Source of the DNA: Pavona decussata
Lineage: Eukaryota
Length of the DNA stretch: 64,000 nucleotides
Assembly (NCBI GenBank): GCA_977016875.1
Contig: CDRNST010000099.1
Location: 248,001 to 312,000, forward strand
Direction of reading: 5' to 3'
Shown: positions 13,200 to 25,839 of the stretch, piece by piece
How positions within the stretch are numbered: position 1 is the first letter of the stretch
Layout of the letters: each line of letters starts with the position of its first letter
The notes under the pieces: model-generated
Database searches by the model: none
What the model was told of the DNA's origin: nothing
The model's input: the letters and a program-made list of their open reading frames with translations, nothing else
Made by a program: the position numbers and the translations under genes

Positions 13200-16100
13200 G
13201 TGAAAGAAAAGAAAATCAGTTTAAAAGAGCTGAGGGAAGAAGCTCGTGATGTGAAAGTTCTTTCTCAATTGCAAGGGGCCATTTTCAGATTTTTCAACAT
13301 GAAGAACTGACAGGAGGCTTTTGCGATCTAAGGTATTACTTTTAAGTTATATGGCTACTTCATAATTTTAGTGCTCAGGGGTTTCAGTAATATCTCAACC
13401 AGGTGCAAGTTTGTGTGCAGTAAGAGAATGTGGGTGTCTTACTGAAAGCCATGGGTGGGAAAATGGTTGATAAATTGCCTTATATTCCTGCAGGTAATAA
13501 ACTTTTGCTTTGATAGGTAAATTGTTTGTAAGTTCACCTAAATTCATGTTGAAAGGGTTAACCTCTACTGGATGGTAGTTACATGACATAATCAGCTCAG
13601 CTTTGCACAGCTCATTCTGGTCACTGAAACAATACTATAATAGATTTTGTCACCTTCAACTTTGATTCTAAATGCATATTCAAAACAAACCTAATAGGCT
13701 TCAAAACCGAACCTTATACAGCAAAATACATGTACATTCCATAAGACGGAAAACGTACAACCATTTATGAGCATATAAAGTTCAGTGTTAAATGTTCATG
13801 TGATCCCATGTTTTAGTGAATGATTGGTGAGTGTGTAGCAATGTCTGAAATACATGTATGTAACGTCAGTCTATATGTCACAAAACAATAAAAATAATCT
13901 GTGACAAATACAAAATCTCAGACTGGTATGACCTCAGTCCGGAAAGAAAGTTTAAAAAAAATGTTAAAATAATGTTGAAAATGGGGTTGAAATAATGTTA
14001 TCCTGAATGCTTATCAAGCTAATGTCAATTTTTTTTAATTTAACAATTTTTTACCATATGCCCTTTTTGTTATATGTAGGGTAATTCCTTTAAAAAAAAT
14101 TTTTGGTTTGTACACTGTAGGGTGATTTTGAGAAGCTTCATGAATTTACGATGTTGTTAAAACATCTTGAAAAGAAAAAAAGACAGCCAGCGTACAAGGG
14201 ACATGGTGAGATCATCGTTGATGGATCTGATGGCAAGACAAAAGGCCATGTTGTCTTTTCAAAGTATGAAAATGTTGATGTTTCAGCTTCATACTTTGAA
14301 AATGGGTCATTTTCGACATGTTGGATGGCATTTTGAGGTAAGTGCATAAATTTTAATTTGAATTAGTATAGGTAATCACATGTTTTCAAGTGCAATTTGG
14401 AATAAATTAACACAAGTAAATTTGTTCAGACTCAGAAAATTGCCGAGTGCAATTTGTGGTCAAAAGTGTTATTTATTCCAAATTACACGAGAAAAATCAT
14501 ATGATTACTTATTAATGATACACACGAAAAATTGTAGGATAGCAACTAATTTTGCAGAGGCAACGCAGGTGAATCAAGAGCAAAAATAATTTATTTGTCA
14601 CACATTCAGTCAACACAAAAGTTTTGTCCATGTTTTTAACGATATTTCATGCTGCAAAAACCGGCTAGGCAGTTATAGGCTATAGCTATAAGGCTACTTT
14701 GTTTTTAAAGTGTCTATCAAAGGCGCTGTAATCATTACCTGACCAGTTCATCTTCGGCTTGTTTGTTTTTGTTATCTCGGCGTAAAGTGGCTTGAGCATT
14801 TGAGTGTTACGTTCAATGGGCTCATAATTTTTGATTCCATAGGCAATCCCTTCTGTAGACATCACTTTCTCCAAACAGACAGCGAAAAAGCAGTCCTTTT
14901 CGCACTGTTCTTGTTTTTAGAGCTTTCTTCAGCTCTGTTGTTGTTGCAGTTGTAAAAGAAAACCTGCATGCTCTAAACAGCAGCCATTGTTTTTGCTCGC
15001 AGCTCATCGATGTACCTGAACTTTGGGCCATTCGGAGGCCCCATTTGATTGGCCCAATTTCAGTGCCTTTTTTATCAACCAATCACAATCCTCTGGTTTT
15101 TCTATTATTTGCACTGTATTTCCTTTTCCCTGCACCGAATACCCGTTTTTCTGCATCATGTTTCCTGAAAACTGCATTTCTCTTAGCGAATCAGAATTGA
15201 GAAATTTTTCATGCATATTATTAATGCAGTTACTGTATTTGAGGATAGGGCAAACCATTGCTGCACTATGTAAGAATGGGGGTATTACAGTGTACAGTTT
15301 GCATGTTATTTTAACACTTAGGAACTAGGAGAGGACAAAATAAGGGCAGGCCCATAAGTCCTTCATAGCTCGTAATTAAAGTTTTCATGTCTATCATTTT
15401 TTTTATAGGTTGTAGATGCAGACGTCCCCACTACAGTTGATATGGCCATACAAATAAATTTCAAAAAGCTTATGGCCATGTTCAACATCATAATTGTATG
15501 TCCTACTGCATCAGTACACAAAGTACAGAAGAAGATTCTGTCTGCTGGAGCAGCCCAGATCCAAACAGGCTTCAGAGTAAAGAGAAGAGCTGTATAAAAT
15601 TCAAGATGCAAATGTCTCTGTTTGTAACCAAGAAACAGAAGCGTTCAAGGACTTGAACCGCTACTGATTATAGTTAGGGTCATGCTACCATTGGACAACT
15701 TTTTTTACCTGTTATGTATGCTTACTTCAAATTTTAATAACTTAAATAAGTGTCATGAAGGTAACCAAAATAAAATTTTGCCTTGGGAAGGGAAGTCACT
15801 TCTAACAACTGAGCAGCCACCTTCCTAAAGCATGTGGCTTTAACTTTATAGTACCCAGAGAAGATAATTAATTTTGTAACAAGTTCTAATCTACATGTTA
15901 CATTCATCTTTCAGACTTACTGATGTCTGCGATTGTGGACTACTTTGTTGTGGGCCACTGGGCATTATCCCACAAGAAGCTGACTGAAAGACGTGTCTGG
16001 ACACATCACAAATCTTGACGAATTGTACGACACACTCGTACAAAAATTTTCAAAAGGGGGTGATCTAGTCCTGGACATTGGAAGCGAGAATGGTAAATTT

Positions 16101-16500
16101 TGTTTTTCTCAATTTATACACATTCTAAACTGTAAAACTTTGCAATGCTATCTGCTAAGATTTTTTTAAGTATTTCTGTATACATTCAACCATGTGCAGC
16201 AATAATAATTATATTGTGTAAATGGTACATTTAGGGATCTTCGGATGCCTTCCTGTTCAGCAGACTGATAAGTAGAGAATTGGGAGGAAAGTTTGGACTG
16301 TTTTTATATATTACTGTGATATATGTTAGTCAGTTCTCGTTTGATGAGAGTGTTATCATTTTTAGGAAATGGGATGCTAGCAGGCTTGAAGCTGAAGCAT
16401 CTTCATTGGGAAAACAGGAGGAACGAAAAAAAGTGAAATTGTGGAAAATCTGAGAGAGAAAGCTTGTTTGTCCAAAGGCTCCCAGTGACAGGCTGTCTTT
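13200..16500 (+). pseudogene. multi-exon methyltransferase-like gene, copy B (longer)
   Basis: candidate exons ~13200-13331, 14121-14337, 15409-~15591, 15915-16092, 16366-~16500; last exons give LYDTLVQKFSKGGDLVLDIGSENG|NGMLAGLKL; stops and frameshifts present. Confidence 0.45.
14366..15225 (-). mobile_element. non-autonomous Crypton-like (tyrosine recombinase, DUF3504-type) derivative
   Basis: large terminal hairpin 14373-14507; short IR pair 14511 (attaatgatacacacgaaaaatt) and 15201-15225; minus-strand remnant ESSKNKNSAKRTAFSLSVWRK*CLQKG..IKNYEPIE..LYAEITK..FDRHFKNK. Confidence 0.65.
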
Positions 16501-17880
16501 CTGATTTCATTGACATGCAATATGTTTTATCGTTCATCAATAATTATTAATGTAGTTAATGTGTTGTCTAGTAGTTTTTTAAAATGTCATTTTTTTATCT
16601 GGGAGAAGTGTTGAGGGGGTCCAAAATTCGAAAACCACTTGGAGTTTAGAGGGGTCCTAAATTCGGAAAACCTCTCAAGTTAGATATATTTAGTGATTTG
16701 TTTTACTCGACTAAGGGTTGAGACCGTCCGAAATTTCTTATTTGGAACAGTAAACTGTATTCTTGTTATTAGGCTTGCTCGAAATGGAATAAAATAGTGT
16801 GATTTTGACGGAATTGTCATATTTTAAATCATGGCTCTTATGAACTTGACGAAAACCAAATTTTCCTCCGATGAAATGCCCTACTTCGAACGGATGGGGA
16901 AAATTCTCCAGTGCGTTGTGGTTTTCTTGCACCGAATTTCTCTAAAATGAAATGCCACAAATTAGTTTAGGCATTAATAACGAATCACACGTTTCACTAC
17001 TGGTAAATAAATTGCTGCAAAGTAAAACAAAAGCAGCTCAGAAAACAAGAATTTTCCCTTAAAGCACACTCCATACTCTGTGACAGCTAAAATCAACGTT
17101 TTGCATGCCAAAAACAAGTCTGTATTCTGTATTGTTGTAAAGTATTCCCCTTTTTCAGCTTTGTTGTGCCCAAATTAAGTACAGAGTTAGGTGCTCATAA
17201 CTAATAAGTACCAGTAAGATAATTCTCAAGGAAATAATCAAGGTAATGCTCGATAAACTCAAAGTATACCATGTTTGCTCAAGAATGCTTCAAGGTTTGG
17301 TTATCTCAAAGCAAATTCTATAAAAATTCACCTTTTTGATTTGTGATCTACACACAAAATGAAAAATACGATACCTTTTTTGCTTGATTGATTCTTTCTT
17401 GCGTTTATGAAACCTGAAATAAGTGCCACATTTTTCTCAGGTAAGGTGGAGTATATTTAGGATTTCTTCCGGATATTACTTAAGTCAATTTTCTCCAGTT
17501 ACTATTCTATTTCACTTATGATGAAAAAGTCAAAATAAGAAATTTCTCGAGTTTTTTTCAGCTTTTTGCCGTTTTCTTTGAAATAGAAAAATGTGGACTT
17601 TTCCAGCTTTCTTTGTTTGGCCTGCTTGATTGACAGCTGTCAAGAAAAGACGCAAAACTCAGATCAGAATTGTTCCATCTCTAGCTGTGAACCCTGTAAC
17701 TGTGAAGATGGCAAACTGCGTCAAGATAAAGATTAATGAAAAAGTCGGGCTTAGGCTTTCGACTTTAACGGTGGGAAACTTAGGTATGATTTTCAAACTC
17801 GATATAAATCAAGGCATTTACACTGTGAAGAAGGGGAGATTATTATACCAACAAAAACCAGCTTTTTTGATATAGAAGAC
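15390..17880 (+). repeat. segmental duplication, copy B
   Basis: matches 3800-6400; has ~540 bp extra at 17058-17598, lacks ~5000-5660, and is cut off at ~17880 by the Polinton fragment. Confidence 0.95.
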
Positions 17881-17889
17881 GACCCTGCT

Positions 17890-18156
17890 TAGTGACCGCT
17901 GCTTTAAGTTTTCTCCCGCTAACACATCCTGTGCTACGTTTACACACGACTGTAGAGCTTTCTTACCAAGTGCTTTGGCACTTTGTTGAAGATGAGGCAC
18001 CGCCCAACGGTAAAGACCTCTAAATATGGAACCTAGTCCATATCCTTCTTGAAACCACGCACCATGGAAAGCAGGTAGATTTCCACCTTTTTGCTTAGCC
18101 TGGTTTAAATAATATTCTTTGTGTAACTTATGATTCGGGGTGTGAATTTTCTTCAT
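17890..18156 (-). pseudogene. conserved small Polinton virion protein (GxGLG type), 3' truncated
   Basis: YYLNQAKQKGGNLPAFHGAWFQEGYGLGSIFRGLYRWAVP..GKKAL..VAQDVLAGENLK. Confidence 0.75.
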
Positions 18157-18189
18157 CTTTTTAAAAGTTTATGGGCTTACTCTGTCGAA

Positions 18190-18925
18190 AATGAAGTGTA
18201 AGCAATACTCCCCCAAACTCAAGTGGTACAGTCTCCTGTGTCGCGCTTTATATTAACTTCAATACTTTCAAACTGCTCTCTGATAACGGGTATGTATTGT
18301 GGGCGGATGAAGGATTTGCTGATCCTTTGTCCATTATTGCCTTCTACGGGGACAATCCGAAGAGGGGGAACCAATGCGTCTCCAACATATTGTGGTTGTA
18401 CAATGTCACAATAAACATAAAGATCGTGAAATCCGTGTTCCATATCCACTGCTCTTTCAGTGGTAGTTGTTTTGGAAATAGGTTGATTTTGGGGAAATCC
18501 TAGTAGGGATCCAATATCTTCGAAGATTACTTCTGCATTATTTTGTTAGTGAACAGTGACCTTTCCATTAATGGTATCGTAAGAAAATTTCACGTCATCG
18601 CCAAAATGCTTTTGATTTTCAACCAGTTCTTTCATCTTTAAAAGGATGTCTTCAATGGAAGAATAATGGCCCATTGAATGGGAACTGCCTCCCATATTCC
18701 AGACAATATTATTGTATGTTTCGAAGGTAAAATCAATTCTCAAAAATTTCCTTGTACATTATTCCAGCTGTGTGGATAATGGATTTCCGTTAAGGCTACT
18801 TCCCAGTCCCCCGTCAAGCTAATGGTCTGAAGTAAGCAAACCCAGTACTCCGTCAACGTGTTATTTGGGAATTTCTCCAGGCTACTATTGCTGGGTAGAT
18901 GAAGATAAAACTGTGTTACCTCCAT
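18190..18925 (-). pseudogene. Polinton minor capsid (penton) protein, frameshifted
   Basis: FYLHLPSNSS..FPNNT..LTGDWEVALTEIHYPHSW at the N-terminus; LYVYCDIVQPQYVGD..LRIVP..PQYIPV..FESIEVNIK at the C-terminus. Confidence 0.85.
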
Positions 18926-19043
18926 GATGTCAGTAATCAAATGAAGTTTTTATTCCGGGTATTCTTAAATTATAATAGTTCACTCAATGACACTTTGATC
19001 ATTTTAAAGTTATTTTTATTAAATACACTCATAAAAACCTTAA

Positions 19044-20131
19044 TTACAGTTTTGTTATATCACTTTCAGGAACCCAGGAATCAAATTTTGGATCTTCATA
19101 TCCCATCCATTTCACAAGATATTCCACTTTACCATTGCGCTTTCTCTTACGCAAAACTATTCCTACCCGATATATTTTATCATTCTTAATTACTTTTTGC
19201 AATTCTGGTTCATAAAATGTTCCTTCTAAGATTTCATTCGCATCGTCTTTAAGCTTATAGACTGGTACTTGACGTGGCAATCATTTGTAAATGGTAAACA
19301 GTTCCTCTGTGAAGATTGGAAGGTAGTACTTTTCAAAAATGCGCTTCACTTTACTAATTCTCACACGATCGCCTACTTGAAATTTATAACGTATACGCCT
19401 GTGTATTTCATCACCGTATAGTGTGTGCCACACTTGAGCTTTATTAACTTTAGTAACTTGACTAGGTTTCATTTTAATACTACGATGGTATGTATTGTTA
19501 TACGATTTCACCAACTGTGGGAGTACATCAATGTAACATAAAGTGGTTTTATAAGTGAAATATTTATACATCATGTTTTTAAATGTTCGATCAAATCGCT
19601 TGACAACCGAGGCTTTAAGTCCGGAGTTCGTGGTGAAGAACTCAATGTCCTTGTCACGCAAGAACTTCTGGAACACGCGATTAAGAATTTCAGTTCCTTG
19701 ATCTGTTTGCAGCTTGCAAGGCTTCCAACCAGAGGAGAGAATACTTTAAAAGGCTTTCTTCAGTTCTTGACCCTGTTTCGTCTTTAAAGCCACGACCCAT
19801 GCATACTTGCTGAAAATGTAAGAAGGTACTTGTAACCCTTGTTGTAACGGCTAAGGTTTTGAACATCACAAAGATCTGCCTAGAACTGTGAGTCTATACC
19901 AGACACAATCACTCGACCTCGATTGTAATTTCTACGAGCCGGCTTGTGTAGTGTGTAAACATCTTGCCGACTTAACCAATCTTGTACTTGTTTGCGAGAA
20001 ATTTTACTGTTTCCCTCTTCTTTGACTGCTCTGTAAACAGCATCTAAACCACCGAAACTTGCGGGATGGCTTGGATCGAGGTAAATACTTGCTAACTTTT
20101 CCTCCATCACAGAACTCTGAGTTTTGGACAA
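19044..20131 (-). pseudogene. Polinton retroviral-like integrase with C-terminal chromodomain, frameshifted
   Basis: YLDPSHPASFGG..VYTLHKP; QTDQGTEF; KASVVKRFDRT..YNNTYHRSIKMKP; FQVGDRVRIS; YLVKWMGY..FDSWVPE. Confidence 0.9.
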
Positions 20132-20292
20132 TTACTTTACCACCGCAGCAAGCTAATACGCAATGAATGTGGTTAAAAATTCGTTCAAATCCCAGAGAGG
20201 ATGAAGGTGGACAGCAACCCATCACTGAGTAGCGCTTTCTCTAATAGCACACTTATTAATGATCATTCTCTTCACGATGTGTACTTAAATAT

Positions 20293-20583
20293 CTATTCAA
20301 CCACCCGATTAAGAGTGGGAAGTAGGAAGTTGTATAACTGTGCCCACTCCTTCTCGGCTAATCCTAGCTGTTCCCCAAAATTTAAAAATATTAGTAATCT
20401 TCCCCAGTTAACTTCTGTAAACAGTTCTGAATAGAGAGCTTTTAACTTCTCAAGCAATGATCCTGGGAGATCGCAAAATTCTTTCGTAAGAAATGCTATT
20501 TCATTCAAGGGAACAATAATAGTTCTTGCTATAAGCCGATACCGGTAAAAATCAATTCGAGGTATAGAGAGTGTACTACCCAT
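20293..20583 (-). CDS. short Bcl-2-like protein (BH1 motif) next to the Polinton terminus
   Basis: open 96-aa frame MGSTLSIP..; ELFTEVNWGRLLIFLNFG matches the BH1 consensus ELFxxxNWGRIVxxFxFG. Confidence 0.7.
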   Translation of the reverse strand: MGSTLSIPRIDFYRYRLIARTIIVPLNEIAFLTKEFCDLPGSLLEKLKALYSELFTEVNWGRLLIFLNFGEQLGLAEKEWAQLYNFLLPTLNRVVE

Positions 20584-20639
20584 GTTCACAATTGATCACT
20601 ATGGTTAAAAATAATTCCATTCCATTATTTTAATCTATT

Positions 20640-20954
20640 TTGTAACTATGATGTCAACCCCCTAATAGTGTAGAATTACATCATGATCTTACTTTTCTAT
20701 TTTAAGGTTATGATGTCATCAGTTTTGATGACGTTAATCCCTACCCTATTGTGACGTCACCTCCACCACCACTTTTCTATTTTTAGATTATGATGTCATC
20801 AGTTTTGATGACGTTTATCCCTAACCTATTGTGACATTCTACCTCCCTAACCTCCTGTTATACTATTGTTTTCGGATGACGTCACCCTCCTGAGCTTTTG
20901 TGACGTCACACCTCCCTTACCTCCCGTACGCTGAACGCCCAATTCCTATCTACT
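20640..20954. promoter_or_regulatory. Polinton terminal repeat region with clustered CRE/ATF-like motifs
   Basis: repeated tgacgtca, tgatgtca and tgacgtt; internal ~80-bp direct repeat (20690-20760 ~ 20770-20840). Confidence 0.6.
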
Positions 20955-22029
20955 AGCGTGTCTCCGAATTTTTTCTTTTGATACATTTTTTTCTGCGAGA
21001 ACGATTTTTGTATGATCACTCCGCATTTTTTTTTATCATATTAGGAAAATGTTCTGTAACTTTTTACTGCGATTAAATATGGCAAAACGTAGAGACCTTT
21101 TTTTAGCGCTTTGGGTCCGGAAACTGAGGAGCAAATTAAATTAACAAAAAATAAAATTTGCTTTAACTAACGTAGCTTTCAAAAGGTGATTTGGATACTC
21201 AGATTTAGAGGTCGTGAAAAATTCGACAATTCACTTTATTTCAAAACTCTTGGTATAGTCTGATAGCCAGCTCTATAAGCTTTAATTTTATATAAGGGTT
21301 CAGGTGTCTACAGTTTAAACTGGATGCACTACATCACTTGGACGCGAGACACCTCCAAAGGTATAGGGTAACCTTTAGCGAAATATCAAGCTGATATATC
21401 GGATTCTCACACGGCAATCTTGTGAAACATTTGCATGCATGAAAGTATACTTTATTTTGAACTGAAACAAATGTTTTACAGTTTTTAATTGGAATTTGTC
21501 ATAGTTGGAATAAAGGCCATTTCCTGTTTTCAAATTGTTTATAAATTTCAACCGGTCAGTAAATCCCGAAGTCAATTATCAATCAAAGCTGAAGTTGTTC
21601 AAATGAGTGGATGGAAAACTATTCGCACACAACGTTACTCAAGAAACAAGAAGTCATCATAAAAGACAGTTTTAAGTAGTTTTAAGTAGTTTTGTGGGAG
21701 AAATATGTTGACTGCCTTAAAATGTACAAAACCTACTTGCTAAGCAATCTTCGTGTAAAAGGCAGCAAATCTAAGAAATATTTAAATACTGCGAAAACTG
21801 AAAAGTTCACCTTCAAAGAAACTGAACCCTTAACACAACGTCTTGTACAAGTGCATGAAGATTTATCTCTCATTACAACAACATGGACTGCCAAAATATT
21901 AGGCATCCCCACGCAAAAAAGCACTCAACATGTGTGTAACAAAATTGTTACACCTCAATCAAATGGCATCCTTGCGGAATGTACATCATGCAAGATGACC
22001 CAAGAGCTAAGTTCTTGCCCAGTGCACCA

Positions 22030-24250
22030 TCACAACCTCACCACTGCTGTCAGGCTACGTGAAGAAAGGAACGTCCAGCAGCTGACTGTTAGTATTTAAC
22101 GCTTCACCAACCCGTTTACAGTAGAAGCCCCTGATCTGTTCAACCTAGTGACGAAAATGCGTATTCCCAAGAAAGTAAAGAAAGATCTCTGTGATCAAAG
22201 CATCATTGGTAACAAGCTGTTTGAAACATTCGTTAAGGAATGGATACAGACAGCCGAGAAGAGCATCTGGGATGTGGTGAGGAGGCGCAAGCTCCTAATG
22301 TGGAAGACCACTGGGAAAACAGTTAGGGTGGCTACAAAGGATAAGATCATCAAGCTAAAGGAAGATCGATGTCTCTTCACGTGGATGATGGTAATCTGCA
22401 AGTCCCGTCCTGAGATAGACATCAAAGAGGCAGTGGGAGTGTACGAATTCTCAGTAGTTCCACGATCAATGTTTGCCGCCGATGGCACTTTGCTGCACTG
22501 TTCCGCAAAGAGCGCCTTGATGAGTATTCTAGGGAAGCTGCCAAGTGACAGATCAGTTGAGCAGGCTGAACCCACTGACCAGTTGGCTAATGCAGATGAG
22601 CAGATCAAGGTTTCCATTGTAGATGGTATGGCCGAGTACAAGCACTGGAAAAATGGGATTGGATCAAAACCTGCTTGGATCTGGCTGATTATTTCACGGT
22701 GACGATCTTCGACAAGTACCGAGATGCAGATGAAATTCGTCTTATGTTTAACAGGTTTGCCACTCCTGCTGATATCTACCTTTTAACCTTTGTATTTATA
22801 TTAGTTATAATTACTTACATTAATAGGCATGTTATTCTGCTTTTAGGTATGATGTAGCATCATCTTTAAAGACGACAACTCGCGAATTTTGTTAGGGAGG
22901 CTTGGAACCTATCAGCTACAAGATTACCGACACCACTCATATTTCCAATGTATACTATCAACGGTTATCCATCCAAAAACAATGATCCTATATCTGATGT
23001 GCTACATAAAGAATGGCGCCAGATATAGAGGTAAAGATACTAAAACTAGTACACCCTTTCTTATGCAGGTACCAATGAAGAGACTTTTGGCACATATGGG
23101 CACTAAGGATGAACTGACGCAATATCTTGCCAGCGGGACTCTAGAGAAGGGACATCAGAGTGGTTTGCATGTGGTGGTTGCATGGAGCAGTAAGTGTAGA
23201 GCAACACACAAGGATATGGCATACCTCGATGGCGGCCAAGAGGAGGCAGATACTAAAATCATGCTACACGTAGTAGATGCCACTGCATCAGGAGCCAAGA
23301 GAATCAAGATCTTCTCGCTGGACACCGACGTATTTGTACTCGCCCTTAGATGTTACCGGGAGCTATGTATGGACACTTCATTTGTCACCGAAAGAGGACA
23401 ACGCCACCAAAATATCCAGCTTTGTCCAATTGTTCGCTCTTTAGGAGCAGCTAGAATGGCCGCACTACCTGGCTTTCATGCCTGGAGTGGAGCTGATGTC
23501 ACTGGAAACTTTGCATTTAAAGGGAAGCTGGAATGCTGGAAAGTGTTTCTTGAAGATGATGAAGAGTGTGCCACTGTACTTGCAGATCTCGGCTCTACCA
23601 TCCTTCCCACAGCAGGCATGTTCTATGCGATAGAGAAGCTAGTGTGTCAACTTAATATGCCCAAGACTAAGGTATCCAGCCTGAAAGATCTGAGGTGGCT
23701 CCTCTTTCGAAGAAAACAGGCTGAATCAGAATGACTACTGCCTACAAGCTGCTCTTCGAGAGGCTATTAAGCGAGCGCATTACCAAGCCATGATCTGGGC
23801 CAATGACAAAGGCCCTAATCCAGACCTTCTATCACCAGAGAACTATGGATGGAAAAAGGACAAAGGTTATTATAAATTAACGGTTGATATAGTAATAAAC
23901 TCTCAAAATCAACACGATAGGTCACGACGACTTTAATGCATTGCCTTATTCTTTTATATTTCAGACAGATGGATGCCGGTGAGAATGAGACTACAGCCGG
24001 CACCCGACGCTGTTCTTTATCTTGTCAAGTGTGGCTGTGGGAAGGACAGATGCGGAAACAACAGGTGCAGCTGTCAAAGGGCGGGTCTCACTTGCACAGA
24101 TCTATGCAGCCGCAGCAACGATGAGACAGGAGAAGCGTGTGACAATGTCAATATGATTGAGAATGATAGCTGTCAAGATGAAAAATCGGATGAGCAGGAC
24201 GATGACAGCGAGGAAGACGAGGATGATAATGATTCTAACCTGACATCCAT
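22030..24250 (+). pseudogene. AcademX-like transposon protein C-terminal half (XPG/PIN-like nuclease plus Cys-rich CXC finger), with introns
   Basis: YEFSVVPRSMFAADG; IVDGMA; QEEADTKIMLH; SLDTDV; LPGFHAWSGADVT; CGCGKDRCGNNRCSCQRAGLTCTDLC; introns at about 22755-22847, 22948-23068 and 23866-23963. Confidence 0.7.
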
Positions 24251-24637
24251 GTTCTATAGAACAACGCATTATGAGATCAGTTGTACTATTTTTAAAGCAG
24301 ATATCATCGCCAAAGGCCTGACTAGGTTTTGGGTAGTAATAATCATATATACCAGTAAATTTGCTATGGTTAACATGATGCCCTCGGAGCAACCTTGAGC
24401 CAACGTTGTGCCAAACGTAATTCCATTTGGTTTGCCGCGGGAGTGGTTGTAAATACCAAAATGGTTAGTTTTTTTTTTATAATTTAGTTGTATTTCTTCT
24501 TCACACTGAAAGCGCCAATTTTCGGAAAGGAATTTGGCTCAGCGAGATGTTGGCTCAACGCTTAGCCCAAGCATAACAAGTGCTGGCAAGCTCAGCCTCA
24601 CTTTCTTGTCGTCTTATGTGAACATAACATATAGGAT

Positions 24638-25140
24638 AATGGTGGTTTGTGATTTATTTAACCAAATGTTTGGAAATGACTTTTCGGTGCACACATACAC
24701 TAGTGATAATGGTACCCAAGTTAGTGATGAAGATTTATCAAGACTGCGGGCCGAGTATGATCATAATTATCGGTAAGTCCAATATGCCAATCATGCCCTG
24801 AATAATGAGGAGGAATCATCCAAATTTACTTGCTGAGTGCAATTTTATTTTCTTTGTTCTTGCTTAGGCTAGAAAAATTTTTTTGTAGCCGTGGATAAGG
24901 CTGGAAAAGCATTGACATAACATCATGGGCAACGGAGAAGAGAAATGGGTGAATGGTGGTTTGTAAAAGTTATTCAACCAAATGTTTGGAAATGACTTCT
25001 TGGTGTACACATGCACCAGTGATCATGGTACCCAAGTTAGTGATGAGGATTTATCAATACTGCGGGCCGAGTATGATCATGATTATTGGTAAGTCCAATA
25101 CGCCAATCATGCCCTGAATAATGAGGAGGAATCATCCACC
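24638..25140 (+). repeat. direct duplication of ~190 bp with 315-bp period
   Basis: atggtggtttgt..aaccaaatgtttggaaatgac..gaggaggaatcatcca at ~24638-24822 and ~24953-25138. Confidence 0.85.
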
Positions 25141-25839
25141 ACAGAAGACAAAAAAGAAAATTTTTGTAAACCAAGACCTCCCTTAAACAATGACTTGCCA
25201 AGTGATGTTCCTGCAAGCCTGTTCCCTGTTAATTTGGTCAAAGACCAACAGGATGATGTTCCTGCAAGTGCGATCGAGAATTTCGAGAGTCCAAGTTCAC
25301 TGAAGCCTAAACGTCCAAAGAGGTCAAAACTTCGAAACATTTTGAGGCCGTTAAATTCAACGTATTATCAGCTTCGACCGCTAGCTTTGTATGTTAGCTA
25401 TGTAAGCTAATCTTTTTCAAGTCGTACTGATAGCATTTTAATATGCTTGTAAAATGCATTTAATTGTATTTAATATTAAGTTCTACTTGTATTTAATTTA
25501 GTGGTAATGTACTGTACACGACCCCACAAGCTTTGACCTTTCATATACATCGTGCATAAATAAAAGCAACCTACTCTACTCAACCTAACCTACCTATCTA
25601 AAGCATGAAGACTCCGATGACTGCAGAAATGAGAATGTATCACCACATGGTCTTGCCAAGGATGTCTCCAACACAAAAACTGGTTTATGTCCTCCCTCAG
25701 GATAATGTCCCTCAAAATACTGTTCTAGAGCGTCAGAGTAACCAAACAACTAAGCAGGTAACTTGTGAAGACACCATTGATGATGTAACAGCAGAATGGC
25801 TCGCCAGTGGATATTCCTGTTTGCCTGATTTGCCTGAAT

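Larger units (their letters stand above)
17885..20954 (-). mobile_element. Polinton/Maverick (adintovirus-like) terminal fragment
   Basis: co-oriented integrase+chromodomain, minor capsid and GxGLG virion protein; terminal region rich in TGACGTCA; minus-strand terminus AGTAGATAGG at 20954. Confidence 0.9.
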
